64,000 nt of DNA from Oikopleura dioica. Lineage: Eukaryota > Animalia > Chordata. Numbering within the stretch: position 1 is the stretch's first letter; every line of letters begins with the position of its first letter. The notes under the pieces are model-generated. The model was not told the origin of the DNA. It did not search any database and saw only the letters and a list, made by a program, of their open reading frames with translations. This document shows positions 23,322 through 35,403 of the stretch, one piece after another. Made by a program: the position numbers and the translations under genes. Where the stretch lies: NCBI GenBank assembly GCA_907165135.1, contig OU015568.1, forward strand, positions 372,001 through 436,000, given 5' to 3'.

Positions 23322-24516
23322 ATGAAACTCGCAGGCTTTCTTTTTGCCTCAACTTCAGCCGGCTACTTTCAGCAGTACAATGGGCTGACCGCTGAAGAAA
23401 GGGAAGAGCGACGAGTTCTCTGCGACGCCAAGACTGAAGAGACTATCGAGCAGTTCCCGATCGAGAACGGCTCTTGGAACTGTCCAAATCTAGGACTCTT
23501 GAGGTCGAAGATTCGTTGCTATCCGACTTGCGAGGCGGGATTCGTTCCCGACTGGACCGCCAAGCCGAGGAAGAATGCCCCGCGATTCATGACCCGATGC
23601 GGCGAGCCAGCAACTATTGCCAAAAAGTTTGTTGACTAAATTTCATTTCCTTTAACTAACCCGTCGTAGAAACCTCAACGCCAGCGTCAGATTGTCCTGT
23701 TCCCCGAAGGAGGCTCATCCATGCGCCGCTGCAGCTGCCTCCGTCCAGCTTGAAGATGGTCAGCTCGAGCTCGCGAGAGTCATCAACAACAGAAGAGCCG
23801 GCTACGACATCATCTGCGAAGACGGAACAAACAAGGGAAGAGTGCACTGCAACAACGGGCACTTCAAATCGTGGACTGTCGACGCGTGGGAAACCGCTTG
23901 TCAGGGCCATACGACTTCCACAACTACCACTACCACTACTACCACTACCACTAGTACGACGACAACTACGACCCCAGCTCCGATCTCGACCACGACCAGT
24001 GTCGACGATGGCTGTGAGAACCCTTGTCGCAACCCTTTCTTGACATGCTTCCCGATCGTTAGCAGCTGCCCGCTCACTCCAAGCTACAACAATTACCTGC
24101 AGAGACAGGCGGCATCCGTCAGCTTCCGCTTTGAAGTCGACATTCTCTGCGACTCCTATAGTTCAGCCTACTACTACACAGGCCACAGCTTGTACATCGA
24201 TCACGAAAATCAGAAAAAATTTGCTCTCACTCGTAACGCGTACACTACGGGAAAAATAACTGTAGAAGTGGCAATTCCTGATGTTCATGAATTCGATGTG
24301 CAGTGCGAAGAAGGGTCTTGGGTAAGGATTGAGTTTCATCAAGAAGATACTAACGACGGAAATGTCTCCTACTTTCTCTATGCAAACCATCAACACCAAG
24401 CCTCGGGATCTTTCCCGAAAACCGATGATCTTGCAACTGGCGACTTTTGGTTCTGGGCTACCAAAGGCTCAGTCGTCAACAAGCCAATTCGAAATCTCTC
24501 CTACACGTTGATGTAA
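23322..24516 (+). CDS. Secreted Cys-rich protein with sushi-like modules and a poly-Thr linker, 2 exons
   Basis: Signal peptide MKLAGFLFASTSA; W.C..C...C..GF spacing; a short GT-AG intron after ...TIAK joins ORFs 23313-23639 and 23692-24516. Confidence 0.8.
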
Positions 24517-25048
24517 TTGAAAAATAAGCATTCTTCTGTTCTGTTTGTCTCCCAATCATGATTCTAGCAAACTTATGTCTCTTTCAAATTTCCCGGTGTC
24601 TTCTGTACCGTGTTTTACCAATTTGATCAAATAAAAAAGTATTTATCGAAATCAAAGCCTTATTTACACATTCAAAAACGGCTAATGAGAGCTTCAAGAG
24701 ATACGCAATTTCGCAGGAGATAAAAATAAATAGGTATTCGGATGGTTAATTTTAATAATTATTTTTATTGAAAAAAATAGTTATACAAAGAAAGTCTTTT
24801 AGGAGCAGTGCAATTTTTGAAATTCTCCTTGTTGATTTTAACGTTTCAAATTCGATCGCGGTCGAAGAGCATTTTCACTGAAGTTCTGAGTAATGCTGAC
24901 CTTAGCCGAGAAATGGCGTATTCTTATGCTTTTGTGACACTCATATCCAAGAACCAAGCTTTCAGAAACGCTGATTTCAAAATAAAACGTTCCTCATACC
25001 GGTTTTTCTTTTTGAAATAACACGGTGACTCCCTTATTCAACAAAAGT

Positions 25049-26390
25049 TTCACCAAGAAAGACTTTCTTGTTTCGTCAACGAGAATTTCAGCAGGAACGA
25101 TTTTGACAGCCGAGAAGAGAATGATCGAATACTGCATTTGATGATTGAAATGATTTTGCGAAAGTAAAACTTCCGATAATAACATTTCGGAAGCGCGCCT
25201 ATGACATGAGGAAATCGACTTTGCGAAGTGACAGGTGTAAAGGAAACTGCGCCAGGAAATCGATTTTGATGTTCCAAGAATTTCTGTTTGAGAGACACCT
25301 TGGACCTTGACCGTTTTAATTCAGAGCTGGATTGAAGAAGAATGTTTCTTTCTAGAAACTGTATTTTTAGTAAATAGGCTCAAGTTCATGTGACAGTTAT
25401 AATCGAAAAATGCTGTAAATGGGCATTTGGAAGAAAATCAAATATTGCTGCTTTGGGAATGGTTTCAGCTGAGATTGAAATTAAGAATTTCTCCTTTTAG
25501 CGGGTGAAATCATGGAAGAGTCCATCGAAAAACACCGTCGGCAGTGAACCACTCAATGAGCAATTTCGACTCGATGAGATGTTAGACGAATTGGTTGATC
25601 CAGGAAAAGGGTTCTCACGAACGATTTTTCGGGTAGTGGCTTTTTTCGGTCAAAAATGCGACGAAAATCCAAGTTTTTGAAAAAAAAATTTCTGAAATCT
25701 GATTGGCCCCGTAGGTGGAACGCGGTCATCTGATTGCTCTAAAATTTTAACTTAATTTTGGCCATCTTAGTGTTTCTTAGTGCGATTTTTTTTGATTAAT
25801 CTTGCGCCCTAAAAAGTCGATGATTTTCTTCTCGAAGAAGATCCGACAATCCATGAAGATACCTTGGAAGATGCTGTTTTCGACCGACAAATGGCGGTAA
25901 GAGAAGTCACCAAGGAACTGGAAAAAGCGGAGGAATTCATTAAACGAGCATCAGGTGATAAAGAGTTACAAAAATAAATCTATAAACTGTGTAGTTCTAT
26001 CGCTCTCCGCAAGTAAATCTCGATCTCACACAAAATCGTCTCTTGGCGGGAGCGCCTTTTCCATCCACAGTTCCAGTACATGTCATAGGTAAGGGCTTAG
26101 AAAATAAGTTTCTAGGTCTTATTTGAAGTCAAAACAGTGAGTCGCGAACGAAAGGTCTTCTGATCAACAATGTTCTTGCTGATATTGTAAAGACGAGAAA
26201 GAAGGACGAAAAGATGCGGAGATCAACGATGACCAGAATGAGCAGGTTATCGGACAATTTGTTGGTCGGAGAAACAGTTAATTTTTCAGGCATTCAATGA
26301 GCATTAAAAGCCCAACTCCTGAACCCGCGATAACTCTGCCCGAAGTGCTTGGCGAGCAGACCCGCTCAAATATGAAATCTGCATAGCCAT
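25049..26390 (+). CDS. Hypothetical multi-exon protein; 5' end not resolved
   Basis: Chain of short exons that splice in frame (FHQERLSC..., RVKSWKSP..., VDDFLLEEDP..., ...RSNMKSA*), including GA-AG intron 25604-25816. No family recognised. Confidence 0.5.
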
Positions 26391-27285
26391 TATTTACAGT
26401 CATCTTCTGACAGGCGCACCTGTTCCCTTTTTCTCCTTCCGACCAAAAGAAAAAGTTCATTTTGGTTACTAATTATGCTTATCTAATAAATTTCTCAGTT
26501 TCTCTTCTTTTTGAATTTTCGACCAGAGCTTTCAATTTAACCGCTAATAATGATGATTTTGACCAAAATTATTGCTATTAACATAATTTGAAAACTCATT
26601 TTTTCAGCAAAATATTTCAAAAATTCAAGAAAAATTAATATAGTGAAAGCCATATTATCATCTTTTCTTAAAAAACTGATAAGTAAATCGAGCTCTCTTG
26701 AGAAGGAATGAGGAAGAAAGTAACGAGGAGAAACATTTTTGTTTGTAGCAAGAATTTCCTCCAGGGGATTTTTTCACGCTAATCCGGAAATGTCTCATCC
26801 GCTGCGTTGAGTACACAGCTTCCACTTACACCAGTGCTGGGATTATATAACATTCTCAGAAACTTAAACTGGAAACTAAAGCTGATCGATTTGCCCTAAT
26901 CCGCGTCCTTCACTGACAGCAAAAGTCTTCTTGAAACACAAAAAAATCACTCTTTTTTTTTCAATTTCTCAATGGAGAAAAATACGGAAAATTTTCAACT
27001 TCCGGAAAGTTTTGACGTCAACATATCGAGCTGATATGCTAGATTTGTTGTCAGGTCAATTTTATATCGAGCCAAGATGTCATTTTTTCTTTGATAATTT
27101 TTGACATCAAACTTGTACAAATTTGGCTTTTTGGTGGAAAAAAATTTTGAGAGCTTCCGATTGTTGCTTTTTCCCGCAAATTTGCCCTTTTCGTAAACGA
27201 CCAGGAAAATAATATCAAATTTAAAAGGAAAATATCTCTAGAATACTTCCAAGGTTTTGATTTTTTTAAAAATGTCCTGATTTAA

Positions 27286-27431
27286 GCTTAGCTAAGCTAA
27301 GCCGGCAAATTTTCTCGTCAGCTTCTCTCTTAGAGGTTTCCAAGAAGGTCTAGCTTAGCTAAGTTGAGGAGAAAATTTGCCGGCTAAGCTAAGCCAAGCT
27401 AAATTCCTTCCCCAGCTTAGCTATCTTAGCT
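27286..27431. mobile_element. Short TTAA-flanked palindromic element (AGCTAAGCT repeats)
   Basis: TTAA at 27282 and 27432; internal inverted pair AGCCGGCAAATTTTCTC / GAGAAAATTTGCCGGCT. Confidence 0.55.
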
Positions 27432-27858
27432 TTAAGAATATCTACGACTAAAATAATAAGATCGATTGAAAAGGGGTTTAGTTATTCAAGATTCAATCGT
27501 TTCTAGTGATTCTTTTCTGACTAAAAAATCTTCAAATCTTTTCCCTGGTTCAGCGACTAAAATCCATTCCCCGTCAAAATAGCTAATCCCCCGTAAAAAT
27601 GTACGTTATTCCGATTTTCCAAATAAAAAGAATCTCCGCCCTTTGAGATTCTTTTCTATATTTTTTCAGTTTTTAAAATCGGTGGCGCTCGCACACACTT
27701 GAGCGCGCTCAGAAGATTCAACATTTTTTTTCTCAGATTTTTGTTTGAAAATTATTCTTCAGGAAAAAGACGGCTTTTTTTAGGATTTTTAGGAAATCAA
27801 GGAAGAGAAAAAAGAAGGGCTGAATTTTGAAGAGACTTTTGTTTGAATTGGAGATGAG

Positions 27859-30800
27859 ATGAAGTTTAACGCGGTGATTTTCGCGGCCGCGCTGGCGGCA
27901 GAAATGTAAGTGCCTATTGTTTAAGGAAGGGAAGGGCCTTTGTGGCCGCAAACTTGTCTTCCGGTTAGAGCCCTTGTAACGTGTCTTCATTGGCATTCTT
28001 TACTTCTATTTTGCTTCTTGACTTTTTTAAAAAACGTATCAATTTCAAGACAGCGTTCTTTCGATCTTGCTTTACTTGCCATAAGGGGGCAACCACCTCT
28101 TAACCCCTGCCCGCATATCGACCTACGCGTAGGTAAATTGACTTTTAAACGCGATTATCTCGCTATTGGTAAATATTTTCTATAAAGCTGACCCCCACAT
28201 ATCGGGCTACTTTTTAATGGAGAATCAGGATCTTAGCTCAAAATAACATTTATTCAAAGATTTAAGATTTTAGCAATTGAGCGAAATTTTGATCTCGGGT
28301 CAACATGACAAAACCCAACTTTGATTCAACTGTTCTCGGCAAGATCTATTTGATCAAATTTATGCTTAGTAGATAATAAAAGTTCGTAATTGTAAATTTT
28401 TACTGTATTGATGACTGCATAAAAATATTTAAATTCATTTTGGACGAGATTTGGAGCGCTGACGACTTATTCTTTTATCAAAAATGAGTACTTTTGAAAA
28501 GATGACATTTGTTGATATTTGACATCTGACATTTGACATTTGATCATGTCCAGGAGAAAGCTCAGCCTTTTATCTTTCCATCCATGTCTTTTGGAAAATT
28601 TTATCCCGACTGAAAGACCCCAAAAAGGCCCGACCTACGCGTAGGTCGATATGCGGGCAGGGGTGACAAATTTTTCATGCGGGCAGGGGTTAAGGGTATC
28701 GATAAGTTATCGACGAGAACACATTTTTCAAACAAGGATTTCGCTTAGATACCCTTAAGAAATCCCGAAGATTTTTGGACGAATTTGTAGAATTTATTCT
28801 CAAAAATCGTCATTATCGACCTAGAGACCCTTAAATATCAAAAATCACGTGGAAAAAGATGGAAATAAAGGGATCGATAATTTAAAAAATCTGAATTTTT
28901 CCTTTGCGAAATTCTTTCTCTCTTACCCAGCAAAGAAAATTCAATAAAAAAAACCAAAATAATGATCATAAATAATGCTGAATAAAAAAAATGAATTTAT
29001 GTCAATCAAAAAGGCCAGCTAATTAGGTGGTCCAAAAATCAAATATCAATAAAACGACTCCAAGTGACAGAGTTACGAGCTTTTCAAATCCGCTCCCAGC
29101 TGATTTTGTGATTCTTCAATTGAACCTACTTTTGAAGTTCGTTTTCTGAAAAGTTCATTTTTTTGGTGAGAACGGAGATTTTTTAACAAGCGAAAGTATT
29201 TATTTGTCCTTCAGAAAATCGGAAGTAATCGTTGATTTACCGCTCAGCCAGAGCTGAATAGATGGCTCAGAGACCATAACTACTCAAAATCAATTGAGAA
29301 GTTTTTTATTGCTCAATTATTTACGCAGAAGGGTCAGAATTGAAAATTATGCAGTAGTTTGTTCTCATGACTTTTTCTCCCAGTCATTCGGAAAACGATA
29401 AAAAAAGCCATTTTTTCCATAAGAAAAGAAAAATTTCCATTTTAAGGAATTATATTTTAAAATAACTGCTAAATAATGGATAACCACTGTAAGTAGTTTC
29501 GGAGTGATACCCTTATTCTTTCAAAGCAGAAGTCAGTAAGGGGGTAAGCATCGTTAATTGAAAATTTCAAATTTAAGAAAGTGACGCCCTTATTTTACTT
29601 TTTTAGTTCAAATAATATTCAGGGTGTCAACTTCGATTTCGCATATCGATATTTTTTATCTAATTTCAACCAAAGAATTCCTGTTTTACCTCAAAACTAA
29701 CCCTAACCCTAACCACAATCACATCAAAATCAATTTTAATTATTATTTTATCTTCAACTTTTTCGTTGAAAATAATTTAATGAAAATTATACGGTAAGAT
29801 GGCGGTCTTCAATTACACCCCATTTTCGCATCTGGTGCTAAATAAACATCAATTTAAATATTTAACATATGTAAGCACTTGAACTCCCTTCTTTTTTTAT
29901 TTTATTAGCTCCTCGGATTCTACCCGCCATTAAGATGATTGTTTATATAATTTTCTTTCAACTCATCCACCGCAAATTGTCAACACAACTTTTTGATTCT
30001 TTCAGAGCTTCGGCCGCACTTTACGATTCATCATTCGACTCCGGGAGCCTCTTTGCGCCAGGTAAGCAACAACTGATAAGCAAATTAGAATCATAATATG
30101 TCATCATCAAAATGGATTTTCTCAGAGCTGGGTTGGGGCCTGACTCTGATTTATTAAGGAAGCATCGTCATCTTTTCTTCCGAGTTCTTTTATGACGTGA
30201 TAGAGTCTTATTACTCTAAGGGGGTAGATCTGGGCTCGGCAACCTGAGTCAGGGTAAGGGCTAGGGTTAGGGTAATAATATGGAAGTGATTTAATAAATC
30301 TGAATTTTGATTGGCCAGTAGGCTTAATACAGCAATCTTATTGGTAATTCAAAAATGCACTATCTTTTTTTGGTTTAGTCCCTTCAGCTTGAAAATTTAG
30401 GCTTTCAAATACTCTTTTTATCGAAAACTACAGTAAAAATCCCCATTCGATCAATTACTATCAATTTGTCCCCTTTTCAAAAATACAAATTCTTCAATTC
30501 AAAACTAGTAATGGAGCCATTACCACAGAGGCAAATCGGTAAGAGCTACTACTCAAATCCAAATTACCGTTGTCTGGCGGCGCATCCTCAATTGATTAAA
30601 TAAATTGAAATCGAGTCGTTTCACTTTTGAACTTGAACGTTTATATTAACAGAGGACGCGAGGCGGCCTTCGAGGCTGAAAAATGAACCCATTTTCAATT
30701 AATCCTCAGATCTAAATATCTCTTTACAAAGATTCTCAAATTTTCAAGGAAAAAAGTAATTTTCAATCACTAACCCGCGATTTCAGAAAATACGTAACCG

Positions 30801-32255
30801 ACTTTGATAATGATAAAAAGCCGCGAAATCAAACTTGAGACCAATTTTATCTTATCCAAATTTTGGAGACCAGAGAGAAAATTGATGATTTTACAAAAAA
30901 ACTGTTTTTTAAGGAGGGGGTCGACGAGAATCGGGATCTCCGTGACCAAAAATTCGGGAAAACCCGATAAGATAGGCTAAATCTGATTTTACTGGTGGAT
31001 AGATAAGGGTCGTAAAAATCAGGCGGCGAAAACTAGAAAAAATTTTGGCCAGAAAAAATCGGTCAAAAATGCCGTCAAAGTAGGGCCATTTTCTCGAAAA
31101 TTTTGTTAATTTTGACCCCTAAATCTAAATTTTTATCAAATGATTTGAGGCTCAGCAGATTTGGGAGAATCTGTAGATTCATCAAATATAAGATTCATAT
31201 CCTGACTATGTGTATAAGCGAAATTACGATCACCCCTGAAAAAATTCTCGTCGACCCCCCCCCTTAAGCGATCCCATTTTTTAAATATATGCTTTTAGCA
31301 GTCTGTAATACTCTGTATTTAAACGCAGGAGAAGAGCCGCTGAGCAAAATCTACAGCGGGCTTTATTACAAAAAGTACGCTAGTGAATGGGAATGGTTCA
31401 ACTTTTGAAAGCAGTACCGGAAACAGCCTTTAAAAAAACACGTGCTTTTCATAAAGGCCATGTCTTTTGACATGTCAGGCCTTACGCCTCTGAATAGAAG
31501 AAAAAGGCGTTAAGGATTTTTAAACGATTTTTATCAAGAAAAAGAACCAAAGACAAAGATCCGCGATGCATTCAACAAAAAAGGCCAAGAAGTACCTGTT
31601 GTGTTGAGAAAAGCACGATTCAAAATTGGACGCTCAAGGGTTAAACATGGGAAAGGTTACAAAACCAAATTATTGGTGATATTGAATTCATGGGTTAAGA
31701 TTTCTTTGAGAATTTTTTTCTCTGCTTTTTTTGACGGGCCAAACCAAGAAAAGGAACTGATTTTTATAGAAAGGTTTTTGATTGGCCGGTAGCCCAAATA
31801 CAGCAAGCTTATTGGTCTTCCGAAAATGCACTTTCTTTTCTTGGTTTGTGCCATTTAGTCGCGTGAGCTTCTTATCAAAGTAATAAAGAGTATTAAGTTC
31901 ATTTTTCTTATGATTGTTCGGACCTTATCATAAGGGTGTCACTTTTAAAACTCAAAAATAAGATCAGCGTTTTTTTATTTGGGGTTTTTAACCTATCTGA
32001 AAGTTGGGTCCTTGGATATGAACTAAACAGAAGCATACGAATCCGGTATTTCTCAGGTAAGCTCATCAAAATCATTCTTCTGAGGACAGTACTGTAGCTT
32101 TCTTTCAGAAGGATCCATGAACTGCCCAGCCGATCTGCGCCAATGGATGCGAGTGCACGATCTGCGCGCTTATAAAAGCAGAAGTCTCCGGAAAAAAGTC
32201 ATCAACCTCGGCTCTTTCCGACCTACTCCAGTGAAAATGCTCTTCGACCGCGATT
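27859..32255 (+). CDS. Hypothetical secreted protein, small exons separated by TE-rich introns; 3' end uncertain
   Basis: Signal peptide MKFNAVIFAAALAAE then GT at 27906. Candidate exons near 30006, 31329, 31537, 32009 and 32107 give ...LSKIYSGLYYKKY..EW..WVLGYELNRSIRIRYFSEGSMNCPADLRQW. Confidence 0.5.
28104..28689. mobile_element. piggyBac-like MITE
   Basis: TTAA|CCCCTGCCCGCAT ... ATGCGGGCAGGGG|TTAA, with an additional internal inverted copy of the left end near 28630-28665. Confidence 0.88.
30913..31263. mobile_element. Kolobok-like MITE, same family as 5748-6388, opposite orientation
   Basis: TTAA|GGAGGGGGTCGACGAGAATCGGGATCTCCGTGACCAAAAA ... TTCTCGTCGACCCCCCCCC|TTAA. Confidence 0.8.
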
Positions 32256-32550
32256 GAATTTGAAACTTTGAAATCAACAAGGAGAATTTCGAACATTGCA
32301 CTGCACTTCACACTTGCTTTCTTTTTGTTTGCACTTTTTTTTCCTCGCTAGAATATTGAATATTTAAATAAACCATCCGAATGCCTAGTAATTTCATCTC
32401 TTGCCAAGTGCCTCAGAGGTGAAGATCTTGTAAAATGATGAGATGCACTTCCCGAGCTTCACAAAAAAGGGATGACTCAAGGATTAACGACCTGAGGCTT
32501 ATCCCCAAGAAACCTCGAAAGATCATCAATGAAAAATTTCCCCTGAAAAT

Positions 32551-35403
32551 ATGCTTTTGCAAATTTTATTATTTCTCTTCCAAACGGTTGATGGAAAACC
32601 AAAAGAGAAAAAAGAAATTGACGCTCATGGATCGAAATTCTTTGATATTTTAACCGCTCCGTGTCCATGGACGAATTATGAAGACAATCCGCCGCATGGA
32701 AAGTGTCCGAGTCCCTGCAATTGTTATATTGAGAGAAATTTGAAACATGAAGTTTTTCTGAAGGAAAATTGATTAAAAAGTAATAGAAACTTTGAGGACG
32801 TGACCCGAATTGACAGTAATTAAAGAAAATTAGACAAAAATTTTTGACCAATCAAAAGTCGGTATTAAGCCGATCGGCCAATCAGATTTCAGAAAAAAAT
32901 TGTCCTTAAATTTTTTTCTTTTTGTTGTTTATTGTTAAAGCTTTCGGTTGTTGATAACCATCTTCAGTAACTAATTTTGTTTTAGTACAGAATAATCAGA
33001 GAAATACACACCTTTTTTGAGTGGAAAGGGAAGAGAATTTTCACACTGATTAGTTTTTGACAGAAAGACAACAACAATAGAATTCATCTAGAGAGAAAAT
33101 GCATAATTTGAACAACAAAATTTCTTGAGCGGGCTTTTGTTTTGTTGTTCAAATTATGCATTTTCTCTCTAGATGAATTCTATTGTTGTTGTCTTTCTGT
33201 CAAAAACTAATCAGTGTGAAAATTCTCTTCCCTTTCCACTCAAAAAAGGTGTGTATTTCTCTGATTATTCTGTACTAAAACAAAATTAGTTACTGAAGAT
33301 GGTTATCAACAACCGAAAGCTTTAACAATAAACAACAAAAAGAATTATAATACGATGTCAACTACAGTTAATATCCTTAAATTTTTGTCACATTTTTGTC
33401 TATAATTCCAACAATCCAATTTTTACCAATCCCAAAGACAATGAACTGCTCTGGAAGCGACCTAAACGAGCTGCCAAAAATGACCCCGAACAACGTCAAC
33501 AAAATCATCCTCTCGAACAACAAAATCTCCGGCGTCGTCAATCGCATGTTCAACAGTCTCTCAGAACTCGTCGTTCTCGATCTTTCCCACAACGTTATAA
33601 CTTCTATCGACGCTCATGGACTCTATCAGCTTACCCAATTGAAGGAATTGGACTTGACGAGATGTGGTTTATCCGAAGCGCAGTTGGAGACGCATGTTTT
33701 CGCCTGGGCTGGGTCTATTCAAAGCTTGGTACTGGATGAAAACAGATTCGAGCGAGTTCCGACGAGTTTGCTCAACACTCTCAATCAATTAAAAATGTTT
33801 CTCTGTCGCGAAACCCAATGGATCGGCTTCAAACCTCTTCCTTCGCCCATTTCGCCGAGCTCGAAGCAATTTACTTGAACGAAATGCCGAACTTGAAAGT
33901 CGTCGAAAAATTCGCTTTTGTCAATCTTCCAAAGCTCAAAACTCTAGAGATTCGTGACAATCCGCGACTCATTCATTTGGGAGGAAAGATTTTTGGACAT
34001 AATGTTATGAACATACAGGAGCTTTTCTTTCAGAACAATCAGATTGAAATTATTCCAGAAGAATTGAGCAAGAACTTGCCCTATTTGGTAGGCTTCAAAA
34101 TAAACCCGAACGATTTTTACCAGTAAATTTTGAAGCCTAATTCGGGAAAAACTCGATATCCAAGGAAACCCACTTTCTTGTGATTGCCACCTCGCCTGGG
34201 TCCGTCGCGTTCCAAATCTCATTGGAGATCCTAAATGTCAATATCCAAAAACAATCGTCGGTCAGTCCCTTTCAAACATTACCGAGAAAGAACTCGCTGC
34301 TACTTGCCCAAGCGCTTGGTGGGACAAATGCCCTGGCGACTGCATTTGCTACAGATGGCAAGATGATAACTTCCTCCCGCTGAAACTTGTCGACTGCAAG
34401 GGAAAGAAAATTGTTGATTTCGTTCCATATGGAATCCCTGAAGAAGTCACTGGATTGGATTTGTCAATGAATGGAATTCAGCATTTCAAGGACAACGCGT
34501 TCGTTCATCTTAAAAGCCTGCGATACCTCAATCTCAATGGTACAAAGCTTCTTGAATCTCTTCCCTTAATATTTTTTAGACAATGATCTTCAAGAAATTC
34601 CGGTTTCGACGGTCGACAACTTGGCGAAATTGAAAGTCCTCTTGATGAACCGAAACTCGATAAAGAGAATTGAAACCGACTCGTTCAGAAATCTTGCGCT
34701 TCAAAAAATAGAGCTCTGCCACAATGATATTTCAACGATTGAGCGGGCCTCGTTCATTTCGTTGAATCAGCTTCAGATCATCAAACTCTGCAACAACAAG
34801 ATCGATTTCTTCCCTACAAATTCCATCCAGGTTCAAAAGCATTCTTTCTTCAGCAAACAGTTATTCAGGCAACACCGGTTCTTGGCTCACTAGATTTATC
34901 AAACAACAAGTTGACCAACATCACCTCTGACTTGTTCGATCGAGCAAATATGATCACTTCATTGAACCTTGCTGGGAATCAAATCGACTGCTGCGAGATG
35001 CTCTGGGCTTTTTCCCGAATGGAGAACAAACGGTAGGACAAAATTTCCTAATTCCTTAGGTAAACCTGTACCGTAGTCAAACTGAATGCGGAGCACCGTT
35101 CACAAACGTCGGAAAGAATGTGGATCAAATCACAGAAGACACAGCTTGTGTTCCAACCACAACTACCACGACAACAACTACAACCACGACGACGACGACA
35201 ACTACGACAACAACCAAGAAGAAAAAGACTACTACTACTTCAGAAGCTCCAGATCTGGTAAGAATACATCCAAAACTCCCTCTCTTACCAAACTTCAGAC
35301 GACAGTTTATGAAAATTTCAACACGACAGCTGATCCTGACAGCGGATACAAACTGAAAGTTTCCGCCATGCTTGTTTCTTTTGCGTTGCTAATGAATTTG
35401 TAA
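32551..35403 (+). CDS. Extracellular leucine-rich repeat protein, two LRR blocks, Thr-rich stalk, probable GPI signal; apparent frameshift at about 33800
   Basis: Signal peptide, LRRNT CPSPCNC, LxxLxLxxN repeats, LRRCT GNPLSCDCHLAW, second LRRNT CPGDCIC, poly-Thr, hydrophobic C-terminus VSAMLVSFALLMNL*. Confidence 0.88.
32916..33344. repeat. Near-perfect palindrome: 205-bp arms, 19-bp spacer, intronic
   Basis: 32916-33120 reads as the reverse complement of 33140-33344; no mismatch seen by eye. Confidence 0.93.

Noticed and set aside
23910-23975. ACC/ACT and ACA/ACG trinucleotide tracts (also 35150-35215) as non-coding microsatellites
   Set aside because: They are in-frame poly-Thr linkers of secreted proteins.
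24994-25298. Minus-strand ORFs 24994-25185 and 25050-25298 as a gene
   Set aside because: The plus-strand reading has coherent splice sites and more natural composition; the minus ORFs are likely in-register shadows, though this is not fully excluded.
15990-30275. Interstitial telomeric repeats (CCCTAA/TTAGGG at about 15996, 29697, 30255)
   Set aside because: Only 2-3 imperfect units each; not distinguishable from chance or repeat debris.
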